DNA from: Octopus sinensis
Lineage: Eukaryota
Assembly (NCBI RefSeq): GCF_006345805.1
Contig: NW_021833658.1
Coordinates: 1-64,000 of the forward strand
DNA length: 64,000 nucleotides
Direction: 5' to 3'
Below are positions 25,871-40,249 of this stretch, in pieces; the first letter of the stretch is position 1, and each line of letters starts with the position of its first letter. A program made the position numbers and the translations under genes. Under the pieces are notes generated by a model. That model did no database searches, had not been told where the DNA came from, and saw only the letters and a program-made list of their open reading frames with translations.

Positions 25871-26389
25871 CCACCTACATTCTCCTACCACCAAACCCAA
25901 CACCCTACACATAGCCAATATACAGTTGGTTATATTGGACCCCTCTCACCAAGTTTACTCTACATTTTTTCCTGTACTCTTTGTCATCACTTTATGACAC
26001 TTCAGCTGTCAAAATACTCTTGTTCCTTTTCTCCCTTGCATCCTAGGTCTCTCTCAGTGCTCCAAGATCACATAGACTTCTGTCATCCTCACTGTCATCT
26101 GAGTCATATTGCCATGCCTTGAATATACACACCTATCTCAGAATACTGAGTGCCCCTTCACTCCATCCCTTATAACATGCCCCTCTTATCACTATCATTC
26201 ATGTATCTACCAGCCACTCTTCTCACTCCATAGAGTGGTTGGTGCTGAGTAGCGACATAGAATTATGATTCCTTTTAAGTGAGAGAACCACATGGCTACC
26301 TCTCAAGCGGATGTCATGAAAAATGTGTTCTCAGTACATTCTATAAAACAAGAGGTTGTGACAGGTCTTTAGTTTTAATATAAAATATA

Positions 26390-26646
26390 TAATATATAAT
26401 GAAATTATTGTATACAGTTCTCAGGTGCACCACAACTTGTCAAAAGTGCATATAAAGCATATGCAGTAATGTACAAATGTCTGGAAAGCGAACAGTGTAT
26501 GAGTCAGATACATGCTTGCGTGTGTATGAGGGGAGAAAATCAGGTGTAGTGTTGGCGAATCTCAGGAAGCATGGAAGTTTTGAAGGATGCAGTGCTCCGA
26601 CAACTAACAACTGATGCCGGCAGTCTGTTCTATGCTTCAGCAGCTC
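26390..26646 (-). mobile_element. CR1-like LINE 3' end
   Basis: Minus translation RAAEA*NRLPASVVSCRSTASFKTSMLPEIRQHYT* resembles the CR1 RV..WN.LP..VV....FK C-terminus. Confidence 0.7.
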
Positions 26647-26903
26647 ATGATAACTCCTTTGTGTTGGTGGCATGAAAAAGCACCCATTATACTCTGTAAC
26701 ATGGTTGATGTTAAGAAGTGTATCCAGCAGTAACACCAAGTCAAAAATTAAATGAGAGTAAGAGGTCCTGCATCCAATTAGGTAAGGAGTACTTCTGAAT
26801 ACATGGTGACTCCAGTCTTGGTGTGACTCATCCAGTCAATACCAACATGGGAAGTGGACATAAAGTAATGATAATGACATACATATATATATATTGTACA
26901 TAT

Positions 26904-27292
26904 ACTCTTTACTCTTTTACTTGTTTCAGTCATTTGACTGCGGCCATGCTGGAGCACCGCCTTTAGTCGAGCAACTCGACCCCGGGACTTATCCTTTGTA
27001 AGCCCAGTACTTATTCTATTGTTCTCTTTTGCCGAACCACTAAGTGACGGGGACATAAACACACCAGCACAAACACAGACACACAGACATACACGCACAC
27101 ACACACATATATATATATATACATATATACGACGGGCTTCTTTCAGTTTCCGTCTACCAAATCCACTCACAAGGCTTTGGTCGGCCCGAGGCTATAGTTG
27201 AAGACACTTGCCCAAGGTGCCACGCAGTGGAACTGAACCCGGTACCATGTGGTCGGTAAACAAGCTACTTACCACACAGCCACTCCTGCGCC
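26904..27292 (-). mobile_element. SINE family A
   Basis: (GTAAAAGA)n tail and tRNA-like head. Confidence 0.9.
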
Positions 27293-27645
27293 TATGTGTA
27301 GAATCCTATATGCATGTATATATATTTTTGTGTGTGCGTTCTGTATGTGTGACTACCTATGTATGTTTGTTCATTTTTTTAAATATGTTTTTCCATGCTA
27401 ACATGGTTATGCAAATATATTATCCTTTAAGCATTGTTTTACAGGTGGGTGCTCCTCCTGTCACTAACTCTCATCTATTTTACAAGAGATGTATAGGATT
27501 TCGTTTATCTTTGAAGATGCAAAAGCTGATGGATAAACAGGGAGAATGGCTGAAATGTCACACTCTCCAACTGAACAAGTTTTGGAGAAGCTAAATCGTA
27601 AACAAACATAATTTCATATGTGTGTGTGCGCGCGTGTGTGTGTGT

Positions 27646-27691
<46 letters not shown>

Positions 27692-28348
27692 CAACAACCA
27701 TCTCTCATTTTCCATCTATTAAACCTACTCACAAGATGTTGGTCAATCTGGGACTATCATAGAAAACATTAGATCAAGGTGATGCACTGTCAGGGACTGA
27801 AACCCAGACCACATGAAAGGAAGTGAACTTCTTAATCACATCCCCAAGGTAACCCTATCTTTGTGTATATCCATGCTAGCATGAAGGGCAGACATTAAAC
27901 AATGATATATATATATATATTGTTGTATTTAGGGATGATAATTTTTGTTTTTCTTTTTCACAAATAAACATACAGACTATATAATCGTTCTTCACTAGTT
28001 TATTACTGTTCTTATTGTAACTCATGTCCATTGTCCGGAAATCATTTGTCACACATCTCTGACCTCTTCAGTGACACTTTCTGTCCTTGTGTGTGCTCCG
28101 GCTCTGCTTAGTCTATTCATATATTTATGTCAGTGGCCATATCTATATGCATATCTACATAGACATTAATTTCAACATTGTCCTCTATTTTTTCACACAG
28201 ACATGGACAAAGAAATCAAAGCTTCATTTTTCAGGCATCATTAGCTAGTAATATAAATGAACCTAATGAGATGAAAGCTAACATATTCTATTCAATATAT
28301 GTTTCACCTTAGTAAGTGCATACAATATTGCACTGTTGATATATCAGT

Positions 28349-28864
28349 TCGTTGCTGTTATGTTGAACTGTCATATGTCAAAATTTGGCCAAATGTGTTT
28401 TTCAATATTTAATTTTGCTTTCAATAACTGAGTCGTTTGGTCAAACTATCGTATCTTCAGTTGCTTCAGATGCCAAGATATGCGAAGAATTTTTTTTTAA
28501 ATTTATATTTTTATTACATTTTCAATAGCTTCTTTTTAAGCTTCCTTGCTCGCACCAACCTGAAACACACAGAAACATCTCTAGCTTCTTCCCATAACAA
28601 ACTGCTCATTTATTGCATTCTAAACCAATGAGAGCTAACATTTTTCAAAAGTGCAGTAAGTCCCACAAAGGACAGTTTTGCAAAAGTATTTCTGACTGAA
28701 AATATCATACATGCATGGAGCTACGATTTTATGCACCCAACAAAGTATCATTGTTTAGCTAAAACTGTTGCAAATGTAAAAAGAAATGTAATGGTGAAAC
28801 TACTTTTTCATTTTCTGAAAAGGCAACATTTTGGACTTATGACACTTCTGCATAATAGCAACGA
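28349..28864. mobile_element. Non-autonomous TIR DNA element containing a copy of nearby sequence
   Basis: TCGTTGCTGTTATG...CATAATAGCAACGA imperfect TIRs; right end repeated at 42115-42175; internal 28486-28642 matches 32142-32300. Confidence 0.65.
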
Positions 28865-29756
28865 TTTAAACTAATATCAACAATAGCTTACCATTATTCA
28901 CTTACCTATTGTTCACAGAAGTACAGTTGAGGTTCACCACTTAGCATTTACGGAATCTATTTGATTGCTATATATATATCTTCACTTTGTTATTGCAGTT
29001 CATAAAGTTCAAAGATTGTTTATTCTAATAATGTGTTGGATGTTAAATGTTGTATGCTGGATGAGGAGATTTTCAAAGACTTCCCGATCTATTGTCCAGT
29101 TCTAGTTCTGGACAACATCCTTCTTTTATCTTTTACTTGTTTCAGTCGTTAGACTGTGGCCATGCTGGAGCAAAATTAAGTGACTACTACTTATTTATTT
29201 TTAAGACTGGCACTTATTCACTTGGTCTCTTTCTCTAAACCACCGAGTTACAGGGACTAATTGTCAAGCGGTGGTGATGGACAAACACTGACACAAAGAC
29301 ACACACACACATATGTATGAATGTCTTTTCTCATCTTTAATTATTATAAATCTTCTACTGGGGAGGCAGCTGCTTTCCAACAACAATACAAGGCTCTGTC
29401 TTTGGGATGTAATTAACATTTGGAACTTAAGAAAAGTCTTTCAGATTTTTACTGTTCCACTCACAGATTGCACTTGTACAAATAAGGTGGTCGATTTCTC
29501 TCTCTAAAAAATCTCAGTTTATCCAGATTCTCTTTTAAGCATTTACTAACAAAACCTAGAACTCCAATAATTATTGATATGGATATGAATTCATAGTCTG
29601 GATATAGAAGTTGGAGGATTCAAAGCAGTTGTCCATAAATATCCAGTTTGCCTTTGATTTTCAAACAGATATTTATATCTGCAGCACAGCTGACCACAGG
29701 GATTATACATACCTTTGCCCCTATGTATGTATGTATGTATATGTGTGTATATATAT

Positions 29757-30240
29757 CATCATCATCGTTTAACGTCCGTTTTCCGTGCTAGCACGGGTTG
29801 GAGGTTCGACCGGGGTCGGGAAGCCAGGGGCTGCACCAGGCTCCAGTCTGATCTGGCAGTGTTCTACAGCTGGATGCCCTTCCATGTCAACCACTCCGCG
29901 AGTGTAGTGGGTGCTTTTATACGTGCCACCTGCACAGGTGCCAGGGGAGTCCGGCATCGGCCACGATCGGTTGGTGCTTTTAATGTGCCACCAGCACAGA
30001 AGCTAGCCAAGGCGGTGCTGGCATCAGCACGTTCGGATGGTGCTTTTTATGTTCCACCGGCACAGAAGCCAGTCGAGGTGGCACTGGCATCGGCCACGTT
30101 TGGATGGTGCTTTTTATGTGCCACTGGCACAGAAGCCAGTTGAGGCGGCGCTGGCAACGGCCACGTTCAGATGGTGCTTTTGGCATCGACCACATTCGGA
30201 TGGTGCTTTTTATGTGCCACCGGCACAGAAGCCAGTCGAG
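29757..30240 (-). mobile_element. SINE family C with internal ~67-bp tandem array
   Basis: TGGTGCTTTT repeats at ~29972, 30039, 30105, 30172 and 30201. Confidence 0.85.
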
Positions 30241-30280
<40 letters not shown>

Positions 30281-30559
30281 CATATACAATGGGCTTCTTT
30301 TAGTTTCGAGCTACCAAATCCACTCACAAGACTTTGGTCAGCCTGAGGCTATAGCTGAAGACATTTGGGCTCAGTGCCATGCAATGGGAGTAGTTGGAAA
30401 GTAAACTTTTTACCGCACATCCATGCATGTGCCTCTTCACCATAGATTAGCTATTTGTGTGTGATACATGGCCACTCGTTATTACTGGAATTATAGCAGT
30501 GGTTTCTAAAGTGGGCAGTAGTGCTCCTCTGAAGGTGGTAACCTAGGTGCCAAAATGAG

Positions 30560-30726
30560 GAGTTGATTATATCGACCCCAGTATTTCACTGGTACTTGAT
30601 TTATCAACCCCAAAAGGATGAAGGGCAAAGTTGACCTCAGCGGAATTTGAACTCAGAACGTAGCAGCAGAAAAATACCATTAAGCATTTTGTCCAGTGCG
30701 CTAATGATTCTGCCAGCTTGACACCT
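30560..30726 (-). mobile_element. SINE family B (partial)
   Basis: Core and B-box complement present. Confidence 0.8.
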
Positions 30727-31927
30727 TAAAAGCTGCAATATAATGCAAGATTAATTAAAAACAATAGGAATAAACAAGCATCACATTTTACAGAATAATC
30801 TGAATGGTAAAGTGTTAAAGGATCTTGAAAGACACCTGTATCAATTAAATAGACCTCAGTACTTGACTGGTACTTCATTTTATTAACTCTAGAAGAATAA
30901 TTGGTAACATTGACTTTAGTAGGATTTGAACACTAAACATAAAGGTTTGTAACTAAATATTTACAAAGCATTTTCTCCAATACATTGATAATACTGTAAA
31001 TCCTCTGCCCTTAAACTCGAATCAAATATTCACTCCTGTTTTGTTGTTTATAACCAATTATTGCATTCTTTCACACTGGCTACAACGCATTCAACAAACT
31101 GGTAAAAAAAAAAATAGAATCATAAATTTTGTTGCAAAAAAAATTTGTAAAAATAACAATGTACTAAAAGACATAAAAAAAACAGCAAATAAAGCATAAT
31201 TTCCATCTTCAATTTTCACTCGCATCACGCCCTCTTTGCTACGCCAACAAAATTGCCGAACAAAAGACACCTCCTTCCTCCAACGCTGCATCTTAGTGGA
31301 GGAAATCATTTTTGTAGCAGCTCAAAAAACTGAAATTTCAGCTCATGTATTTCATTTGTTAATGCTGCAAGCGAAAAATTTTTTAAAATCCACCACTACC
31401 ATCCCCTTTACCATCGTCAGCCACCGCTAACATCACAATTCCACCACAATGCCATCAGTTCTTCATTCCAACATTGGCTGTCTAGAATATCAACCAATCA
31501 TGCACAAGAACCACTGATAATCTCATTTGCTAAAAATATATGTTTCTATATTTCATTAATGTTATATATGTATATTTTTTATTATATTTAAATTTATTGA
31601 ATTATTTTCTTCAATTTATTTATTGATTTATTTATTCTCCCCTTAACTACCACCACCACCACCACCACAACTACAACCACCACCATTCTATGTTAATGTG
31701 TTTCTTATTATTTTATTCTTGAGTTACACACACGTACACATACACACGTACGTACACACACATACACACATATACACACTATTGGCTTTTACTTCATTAT
31801 TTTCCCTTGTTTGGTTAGAAACATACACACGTATGTATGTGAATCTATGCATGTGAGTGTATACATGTATGAATGTTTAAAAATATATGAGTGTGTGTGT
31901 ATATGTATGCCCCTCTCTCTCTCTCTT

Positions 31928-31993
<66 letters not shown>

Positions 31994-33496
31994 TATATAT
32001 ATATATATATTTTTCTTTTACCGTTTTACTTGTTTCAATTATTTGACTGCAGCCATATGTGTGTGTGTGTTAGTGGTGAGTGAGTGATTCTGTATTTGTA
32101 TGCATATGTATGTACGTGTGGTAAAGGAATAGAGGTAGGGAAAGAATTTTTTTTTTTAATTTATATTTTTATTACATTTTCAATAGCTTCTTTTTAAGCT
32201 TCCTTGCTCGCACCAACCTGAAACACACAGAGACATCTCTAGCTTCTTCCCATTACAAACTGCCCATTTATCGCATTCTAAACCAATGAGAGCTAACATT
32301 AAATTGGCAAAAATAAATTTAAAGTGAACAGGGAGGAAATGCACTCCCACCCACCCCCTCTGCACTCACATAAAATACAAACATACACTTTCAAGTGTTG
32401 ACAAAACTACCACCACAACAGCTCAGTGAACATAACCACAACAACCACACCAATGCCACCACCACCACCACCACCACCACCACCATGACATGGCAAGTGC
32501 TACAACAACTACACCATCACTGTCACACTATCACCATCAGAAAACAGCAAGCACTACCTCCTCCACTACCACCACCACCACCTCAATGTTGTTACCATCA
32601 ATACACCTCAGTGAATACAATCATCTCCCCCACCACCACAACCACTACCACCATAACCATCACAACACCTCAGTGAATACAACCACCACCAACACCACCA
32701 CTACCACCACCATCATAACCATAACCATCACAACCACTACAAACACAACAATCAAAATTCCTATATCCACAACCACCAACACTAACACCACCATAACCAC
32801 ATAACCATGCAACACCTCTACCATCACAACCACAACAATACACCATACCACCACAACCAACGCCTCAGTGCCACTACCACCAATTCTACTTATGATTGCT
32901 TTATTTTCAAAAATAAAAATAAAATAACCACATAAATAAAAAATAACAATAAATAATCATAACAATAAAGAAAAATAACAGTTTCTTACTTTGGCATAAG
33001 GCCACAAATAACAACAACAACAACAGAAATAATAATAATAATTTTATTTTTATTAGGCCAAAAAGAATAGTCCTCTTAAATTATAAAAAGAAATAATAAA
33101 AATATTGGTAAAATAATAAAAGAATAATAATAAGAATATGAATAAAAATAACAAGACAAAAACAACAACAGCAATTTTGGTGCCAGTAACGGCAATGAAA
33201 ATAAATCAATCAAAATTTATTGAAAAAAGAAATGTAAAAAAAAAAGAAGAAAAAATGAAGAAGAAACCAGCTCTGAAAAATTCCTTGTGGCAATATAAAC
33301 AGTCACCTTCCCCTTACCTTTTCAGCTGGAAACAAATTCTTTAAAACAGCCCGGAAAATATAGGGTTTGGGAAATAGGAGAAGATTAAGAAAAAGGGGAA
33401 AAATAAAAATTGCGTGCATGCATGCGTGCGTGTGTCTCTGTGTGTTGGTATGTATATGTATGTACATATATATATACAAGTGTGTTTGTATATATA

Positions 33497-33546
<50 letters not shown>

Positions 33547-33784
33547 ATATATTTTCACATTTCACTGTCATTATTATTATCATCATTATTATTATTATTA
33601 TTATTGTTATTGTTATTATTATTATCATTATTATATATGTGTGCGTTTATGAGTATGCGTGAGTATGTTTGCATGAATGCTTTCCACGTTAGCTGCGATG
33701 TTCCTGTTTTTTTAAATTTTATTACTGCAGAATGAATATGTATTCCTATATATACATGTATGTGTAAATATATGCATGTGTATA

Positions 33785-33825
<41 letters not shown>

Positions 33826-34829
33826 GTATGTATATTTTCATATATACATATTTATAAATATGCGTGTATACTTATATAATTATATATATCTATTTGTGTG
33901 TGTATGTATGCATATATGTGTGTATATATATATGTATATATATGTATACATACATGCATACACATGCACGTCCATAAATATATATGCATGTATATATATA
34001 AAATAGAATATAAATGGGTCTCCATGGGTTTCCACAGTGAGTATTCCAGCTGTTTGATTAACTGAGCTGCCTACTCATTGAATTATAGTTAAGTGGTTGA
34101 GTATATCACAGGCAAAGTTCAAGAAGATTTTTCAACTATTTTATGTATTTATATGCATACATATATGTACATGCCTTCATGCATACACAGATACATACAT
34201 ACATATATATATATGCATGCATATACGTATATGTGTGTGTGTCTGTGTATATACATAACCTGTTTGTGAATGTATATGCATTACTTCGCAAACACACACA
34301 AACCATCATCATCATCGTTTAACGTCTGCTATCCATGCTAGCATGGGTTGGACGATTTGACTGAGGACTAGCGAACCAGATGGCTACACCAGGCTCCAAT
34401 CTGATCTGGCAGAGTTTCTACAGCTGGATGCCTTTCCAGAGTGTAGTGGGTACATTTACATGCCGCCAGCATGAAGGCTAGTCAGGCGGTACTGGCAACG
34501 GCCATGCTCAAATGGTGTTTTTTACATGCCATCTGCACAAGAGCCAGTCCAATGGCACTGCCAACGACCTTGCTCATATATATATATCTTAGTATACATG
34601 CATATGTGTGTGCGTGTGTACATATACGCATATACATATATACTCACAAATGTATATATTTAAGGTCAGCTTTGCCTTCCATTCCTTTGTGAAAGAAGTG
34701 AGTGGTGTAGATAAAAACAAAGTACCAATACAATGCCATTAAAGTTACTGGCATTGTGTCTAAATTTGAAGCTGTTATGTCTATCATTATTCCTTTTGGT
34801 ATTCTTCTGTTTTATTCTATAGGACCAGA

Positions 34830-35770
34830 TCCAAACCTGATTGGTAACAATCTCCACAGTGTGTTGGATAATCCCCATAACCTTCTGAATCATGTGAGCC
34901 CTCCTATTCTGTTTGTCATGGATTCCTTGGCTTCAATGACCACTGGTATTATTTTTCCCTTCCTATTTGCTATGATAGCCAGGTTTTGTACTTGATCAAT
35001 TTTCTGTAACATTCATGGTGGTGTTTCTTTTGAATGGTTTCATCTCTTGATCAGTATGTACCTCTGACCATTCTTTTCCTTGATAACACTATCAGGTTTC
35101 TTGGCTTTTACCAACCACATGGTTCCGGGTTCAGTCCCACTGCATTGCACCTTGGGCAAGTGTCTTCTACTATAGCCTCAGGTCGACCAAAGCCTTGTGA
35201 GTGGATTTGGTAGACGGAAACTGAAAGAAGCCCGTCATATATATGTATATATATGCGCGTGTGTGTTTGTCGCCCTAGCATTGCTTGACAACCGATGCTG
35301 GTGTGTTTATGTCCCCGTTACTTAGAGGTTTGGCAAAAAGAGACCGATAGAATAAGTACTGGGCTTACAAAAGAATAAGTCCCGGGGTCGAGTTGCTCGA
35401 TTAAAGGTGGTACTCAAGCATGGCCGCAGTCAAATGACTGAAACAAGTAAAAGAGTAAAAGAGTAAAAGAGTACCAATATGGTGGGGCATAATATCTTTG
35501 ACACTGGTTAGTGGTTGTCATGATCTTGTACTCTTGCATATCTTCCAATGCAGGTGTGCTCCCTCTGTGCTATGTTTGTTGTTGTTAGCGTGAGTTCTTG
35601 ACAATATGGTCAGTAGCTTCTTCATATTTTCATTGACTTTGCATTGTGGATCTGCACCATTCTTGTTTATGTGAGGGAGATAGAATCAGTTTCCGAGAGT
35701 ACTTGCAAATGGTGTGTCTTCAGTTGGTCCATATCTGTATCACACATATTTTTGGATACTTCCTATGCGT
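34830..35770 (-). pseudogene. Decayed R4/Dong-like LINE C-terminus (CCHC and restriction-like endonuclease), interrupted by a SINE
   Basis: Minus-strand fragments ADPQCKV..EEATDHIV..HLHWKICK and KPDSVIKEK..KY..IIPVVIEA. Confidence 0.7.
35109..35472 (+). mobile_element. SINE family A, 5'-truncated, nested in the LINE fossil
   Basis: TACCAA at both ends; (GTAAAAGA)3 tail. Confidence 0.9.
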
Positions 35771-35903
35771 TGAATTTCTTAGAATTATTACTTTGAGTTT
35801 CATGTTTCTGATTATTTCAATGAACGAGATATCAAGCAGCATGACAATATATAATAAAAAATATTCGTATGGTCATCAAAATAAAATTAATCAGTACGAT
35901 TTC

Positions 35904-36189
35904 GATGATGATGATGATGATGATGGTGGTGGTGTTGATGATGGTGGTGGTGTTGGTGTTGGTGTTGGTGTTGGTGGTGGTAGTGGTGGTGTTGGTGATG
36001 GTGATGATGATGATGGTGGTGGTGATGATGGTAATGATGATGATGAATATGATGATGATGATGATGATAATGATGGCATTGATGATGATGATGATGGTGA
36101 TGATGATGGTGATGATGATGATGATGATGATGATGGTGGTGGTGATAGTGATGATGATGATGGTGATGATGGTGATGATGATGATGATT
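35904..36189. repeat. (GAT)n/(GGT)n triplet microsatellite
   Basis: Directly visible. Confidence 0.95.
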
Positions 36190-37178
36190 GCCAAGAGAAA
36201 ACAAACCATCAGAATACATTAGAATATGCATTGTACATTCATATAATCAATCATTATACACAGAACATGCAATATATTTTGTCAGTTCTCATGCAAAAAC
36301 ATATTTTCACATTTTCAGTATTTTATGTGTGAAACAAAAAGCAAGAAAGGAGTTGTTGTTTATGGAGTTTTAGTACTGCTAAAAACTAAATGTATTTTTA
36401 ACATTTAACAAAGATGAAGAGTATAGTAAAACTATTACATGATAAGCAAGGAATCTGAAATGTAATGGTCAAGAATTATTTGATGCAAACATGGGATTCC
36501 ATAACAGGAATGAGATTTGTGAAGTCAGAGAGTTGTACATTTCAAACTTCGAAATAAATTCTGTTTTACAGAATCTGATCTACGTTATAGAGATGAACTG
36601 TTCATTTCACAATGTAGCATTCATATATATATATATTAAAAAGAAGAATATGTGCACTAACAATAGGGTAAATGTTTTTTAATTTTCCTTTAATTTCTGA
36701 ATTACTACTATTTAGCGGTTTGAGTCTTGGCTGCTCTTTCTAGTGGGTCGAATGGCCTTTCGGGGCTGTTCCTCAATGTTGTTGAAATTATATACATAGT
36801 CTATGACTATTTTCTCTTTCTCACTAGACCGCTGGTGGCAAAAAAATTTCTATTGAATTTTTTGCTACTCTTATATTGATTAATAAATATATATATATAC
36901 ATGAATATATATATATATAATGGTCTCACAATGAGTGCTTCTAGTGAGAACTTCATCAAAATATTTAAAGCTACATTTAAAAATCAGAGCAAACCCGAAA
37001 CTAAATTCAGTAAATTTTTTTGCTGTAAGTCAAAATTTAATTCCTTGTAGTATATTCATATGTTATTATTTCAATAACGATTAGAAACCAAATCAAAAAT
37101 ATCAGTATGTCAATATCTAACATATACTTTTTCCCTCCAAAATATCTTATCCGTGTTACTCATTATTAAAATGATGTA

Positions 37179-37651
37179 TTAACCCTTTTGTTACTGTATT
37201 TATTTTGAGATGCTCTGTGTTTCTTTCAATTACTTTAACTATAACAAAGAATTTAGTAAAATAAATTAGTTATTATTCAGCTGGTGTTAGGCACATAAAT
37301 TGTGAGTAAGATTTGGTGGAAGATTTTAATTCAAAACTTATGAAACAAAACATTTGTACTACAGAGCCAGAGGCAGTTTCAACCAGGTTGGTATCAAAAG
37401 GGTAAGAAATATCATAGTGACTTTATCCCTTTCGTCACCATATTTCTGTTAAAATGCTCTGTGTTTCTTTCAATTATTTTAACTATAACAAAGAATTTAG
37501 TAAAATAACTTAGTTATTATTCAGCTAGTGTTAGGAACATTAATTGTGACTAAGGTTTGGTGGAAGATTTTAATTCAAAACTTCTGAAAACAAGACATTT
37601 GTACTACAGAGCCAGAGGCGGTTTTGGCCGGGTTGGTAACGAAAGGGTTAA
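37179..37651. mobile_element. Two adjacent ~225-bp piggyBac-type MITEs
   Basis: TTAA-CCCTTT...AAAGGG-TTAA type termini; copies at 37179-37405 and 37423-37651. Confidence 0.85.
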
Positions 37652-37950
37652 ATGACAGTGGATCCAAAGGTAGAATGCAATGTATACAGAACTACACTAT
37701 TCTTCAAAAATACCAAAATAGGAAATGAAATATAATATTGTGTAATCCTCCATATTGCTTAAATGCTCACCATTTGTATGGAAACAAACTTTATGACAGT
37801 TTGATAAAAGCTAGGCCAGGTAATATTCCTCCCAACAAGAAACTTAAAGTTAGCTTGTTGTGTATATGATTCTGTGAGCATACACACACACAACACACAC
37901 TCACAAACACTCACACACACACACACACAACACACACACACACCACACAC

Positions 37951-37997
<47 letters not shown>

Positions 37998-37999
<2 letters not shown>

Positions 38000-38199
38000 C
38001 ACCAGAGTAAGCTCATAAATGCGAAACAAGGTGGAAATAAATAGTACTCAAACACAAGAGGTAGAGTAATATACTTTATTAATTAATAAAGCTGAAAAAA
38101 CATCACAAAAACTATTACTCAGAGTTCCTGACAAATGGGAATGTGAAACTCTGAGTAACAGTTTTTCTGATGTTTTTTCAACTTTATTGATAAAGTATA
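37998..38199. mobile_element. Penelope-like fragment with inverted arms and a decayed hammerhead
   Basis: Arms at 38070-38126 and 38147-38199; CTGACAA-ATGGGAATGT-GAAAC-TCTGA-GTA at 38128-38157. Confidence 0.6.
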
Positions 38200-38607
38200 T
38201 ATTTAAACTTAATTGTAATTCGAATTTAATTGTAACCATGAAACGTATGTAGTGTTTTACTTATATTATATATATTTATCATTCATTTTATACTTTTTGA
38301 GATCTAGTTATAAGTTATATGTTCTATATAAATATATATAATTTATTATTTATGTATTGGTTTGTGTCTATCACTGTTTGAGTTGCATAATAGTGGTTTT
38401 ATCTCTAATTTTATTTATATATAAATAAATATATATATATATATGTGTGTATGTATGTATGTATATATATGTATATATATTATATATATATTATATATAT
38501 ATATTATATATATATATATATATCGTCAGTGGATTATATATCCAAAAAAGAAGCACACTCTAAGAGATGGAGCAGTAATGTATTTACATACAGTTGAATA
38601 TATGTCT

Positions 38608-38787
38608 GGTGATAGAGCGACAAATGATTTCGCATCCATAAAACACTTAGCTTTATGAACGATTTGTAAGACTCTAATGGTGGAGGGCATATAACCTCTC
38701 TTCAAACTTCATAGCTTTTGCCATTATAATCTGTCTATAAAGCTATGGACGCTCTATGGATGCGAAACCATTGGTCACTCTATGACC
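38608..38787. repeat. Inverted ~50-bp arms carrying a hammerhead 3' half; same family as 4522
   Basis: GCGAAACCATTGGTCACTCT at 38762; reverse-complement arm at 38608-38656. Confidence 0.65.
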
Positions 38788-39152
38788 GAGCATGTGCATA
38801 TAGGTATAGTTAAGTCTGTTGTTTATTTACTTCAATATTCAAAGCTAAAGATGTATCATATCCCATCTCTTGAAGCTTCTAAATTCTTACTCTGTAAGCA
38901 AATTATAATTCCTGTTTCTAAGGACAAAGTTTTTAAAACGATCAGAGAGTTTTGAAGGATTGTTTTCATCCATTGGTAGAATGTCTGTCCTTTTACAGAT
39001 GTGTTTTGGAGCCCAAGACCCCACAAGCAACCTTTGACTTTTAGTATCCCTTAGGATTTGACCCAATATTTTCCATGCTTTTACTTGCAGCTTTATCTAC
39101 AGTTAAAACTGAATTATGTGTCTGTTTATTTGTATGTGTGTATGTATATAGC

Positions 39153-39400
39153 TGTGGAGTTGCGTGGCTTAGTGGTTAGGGTGTCAGCATCATGGTCATA
39201 AGATTGTAGTTTCGATTCCTGGACCGGGTGACACGTTGTTCTTGAGCAAAACACTTCCTTTCACATTGCTCCAGTCCACTCAGCTGGCAAAAATGAGTAA
39301 TGCTGTGATGGACAGGTGTTCCGTCCAGCTGGGGAATACATACGCCATAGAAACCAGGAAACCGGGCCCATGAGCCTGACTAGGCTTTAAAAGGACGTAT
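39153..39400 (+). mobile_element. tRNA-derived SINE
   Basis: TGGCTTAGTGGTTAGG A-box and GTTTCGATTCC B-box. Confidence 0.75.
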
Positions 39401-39901
39401 TTATTATTATTTTATGTATATAGCTATGTATGTTTGTGCGAAAATGTAAACCCGTGTGTTTGTATGTATATCATTTTGGGTAGTATGTATATGTGCAACA
39501 GATTATGTATGTATCATTTGTGTATAGGATGTGTGTATGTATCATGAGCATGATTATGTATGCATTTTCAGTAATGAAACATAAATGTATAGAGTAAGAG
39601 AGCAAGAGAGAGACGAAGAGAAGGTGAAAGAGAGAGTGAGAAGAAGGGAAAAACAGTGTGCACATGTGTGAGAGCAAAAGAGATAGAGGTAGAGAGGGAG
39701 AGATAGAGAGAGAGAAGCAGAGATGCAGAAAACAAAACTATAATCAGAGATAGGAAAACTTATGGATTTCATCCAATTTCCATGAAATTTATGAAAAGTC
39801 TGTTTTGTTTTGTCATTTTTATTTCATTTTTCTCTGAATGTTTTATTTTGATTGTGCATGCATATATATTTATATATATTATATATATTTAATATTTATA
39901 T

Positions 39902-39943
<42 letters not shown>

Positions 39944-40194
39944 GATATATATATATATATATATGTGTGTGTTTGTGTTTGTGTGTGTGGTGTGTGTATG
40001 CATGTATGTATGTATGTATGTATGTATTATGTATGTATATGCATGTCTGCATGAGTGTGCGGTTGAGGGGAGGGGTAGTTTGTATTTCATAAAATATGAC
40101 TTACTGGTTGTTTATTCTTGTAAGTAACATTGATGGAATCATCTGACTGTTTAGAATTCTCATTTTGAAAGCAAATATGACAAATAATAATATG

Positions 40195-40249
<55 letters not shown>

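Noticed and set aside
29905-30240. CRISPR-like repeat-spacer array
   Set aside because: The inter-repeat segments are homologous to each other, the array lies within a SINE, the context is eukaryotic and there are no cas genes.
35646-36332. 228-aa Asp/Gly-rich ORF
   Set aside because: Runs through an antisense LINE fossil and a (GAT)n/(GGT)n tract that is open in several frames.
39153-39225. tRNA gene (also at 1470 and 11285)
   Set aside because: A/B boxes are present, but the sequence continues into a SINE body and no clean cloverleaf is evident.
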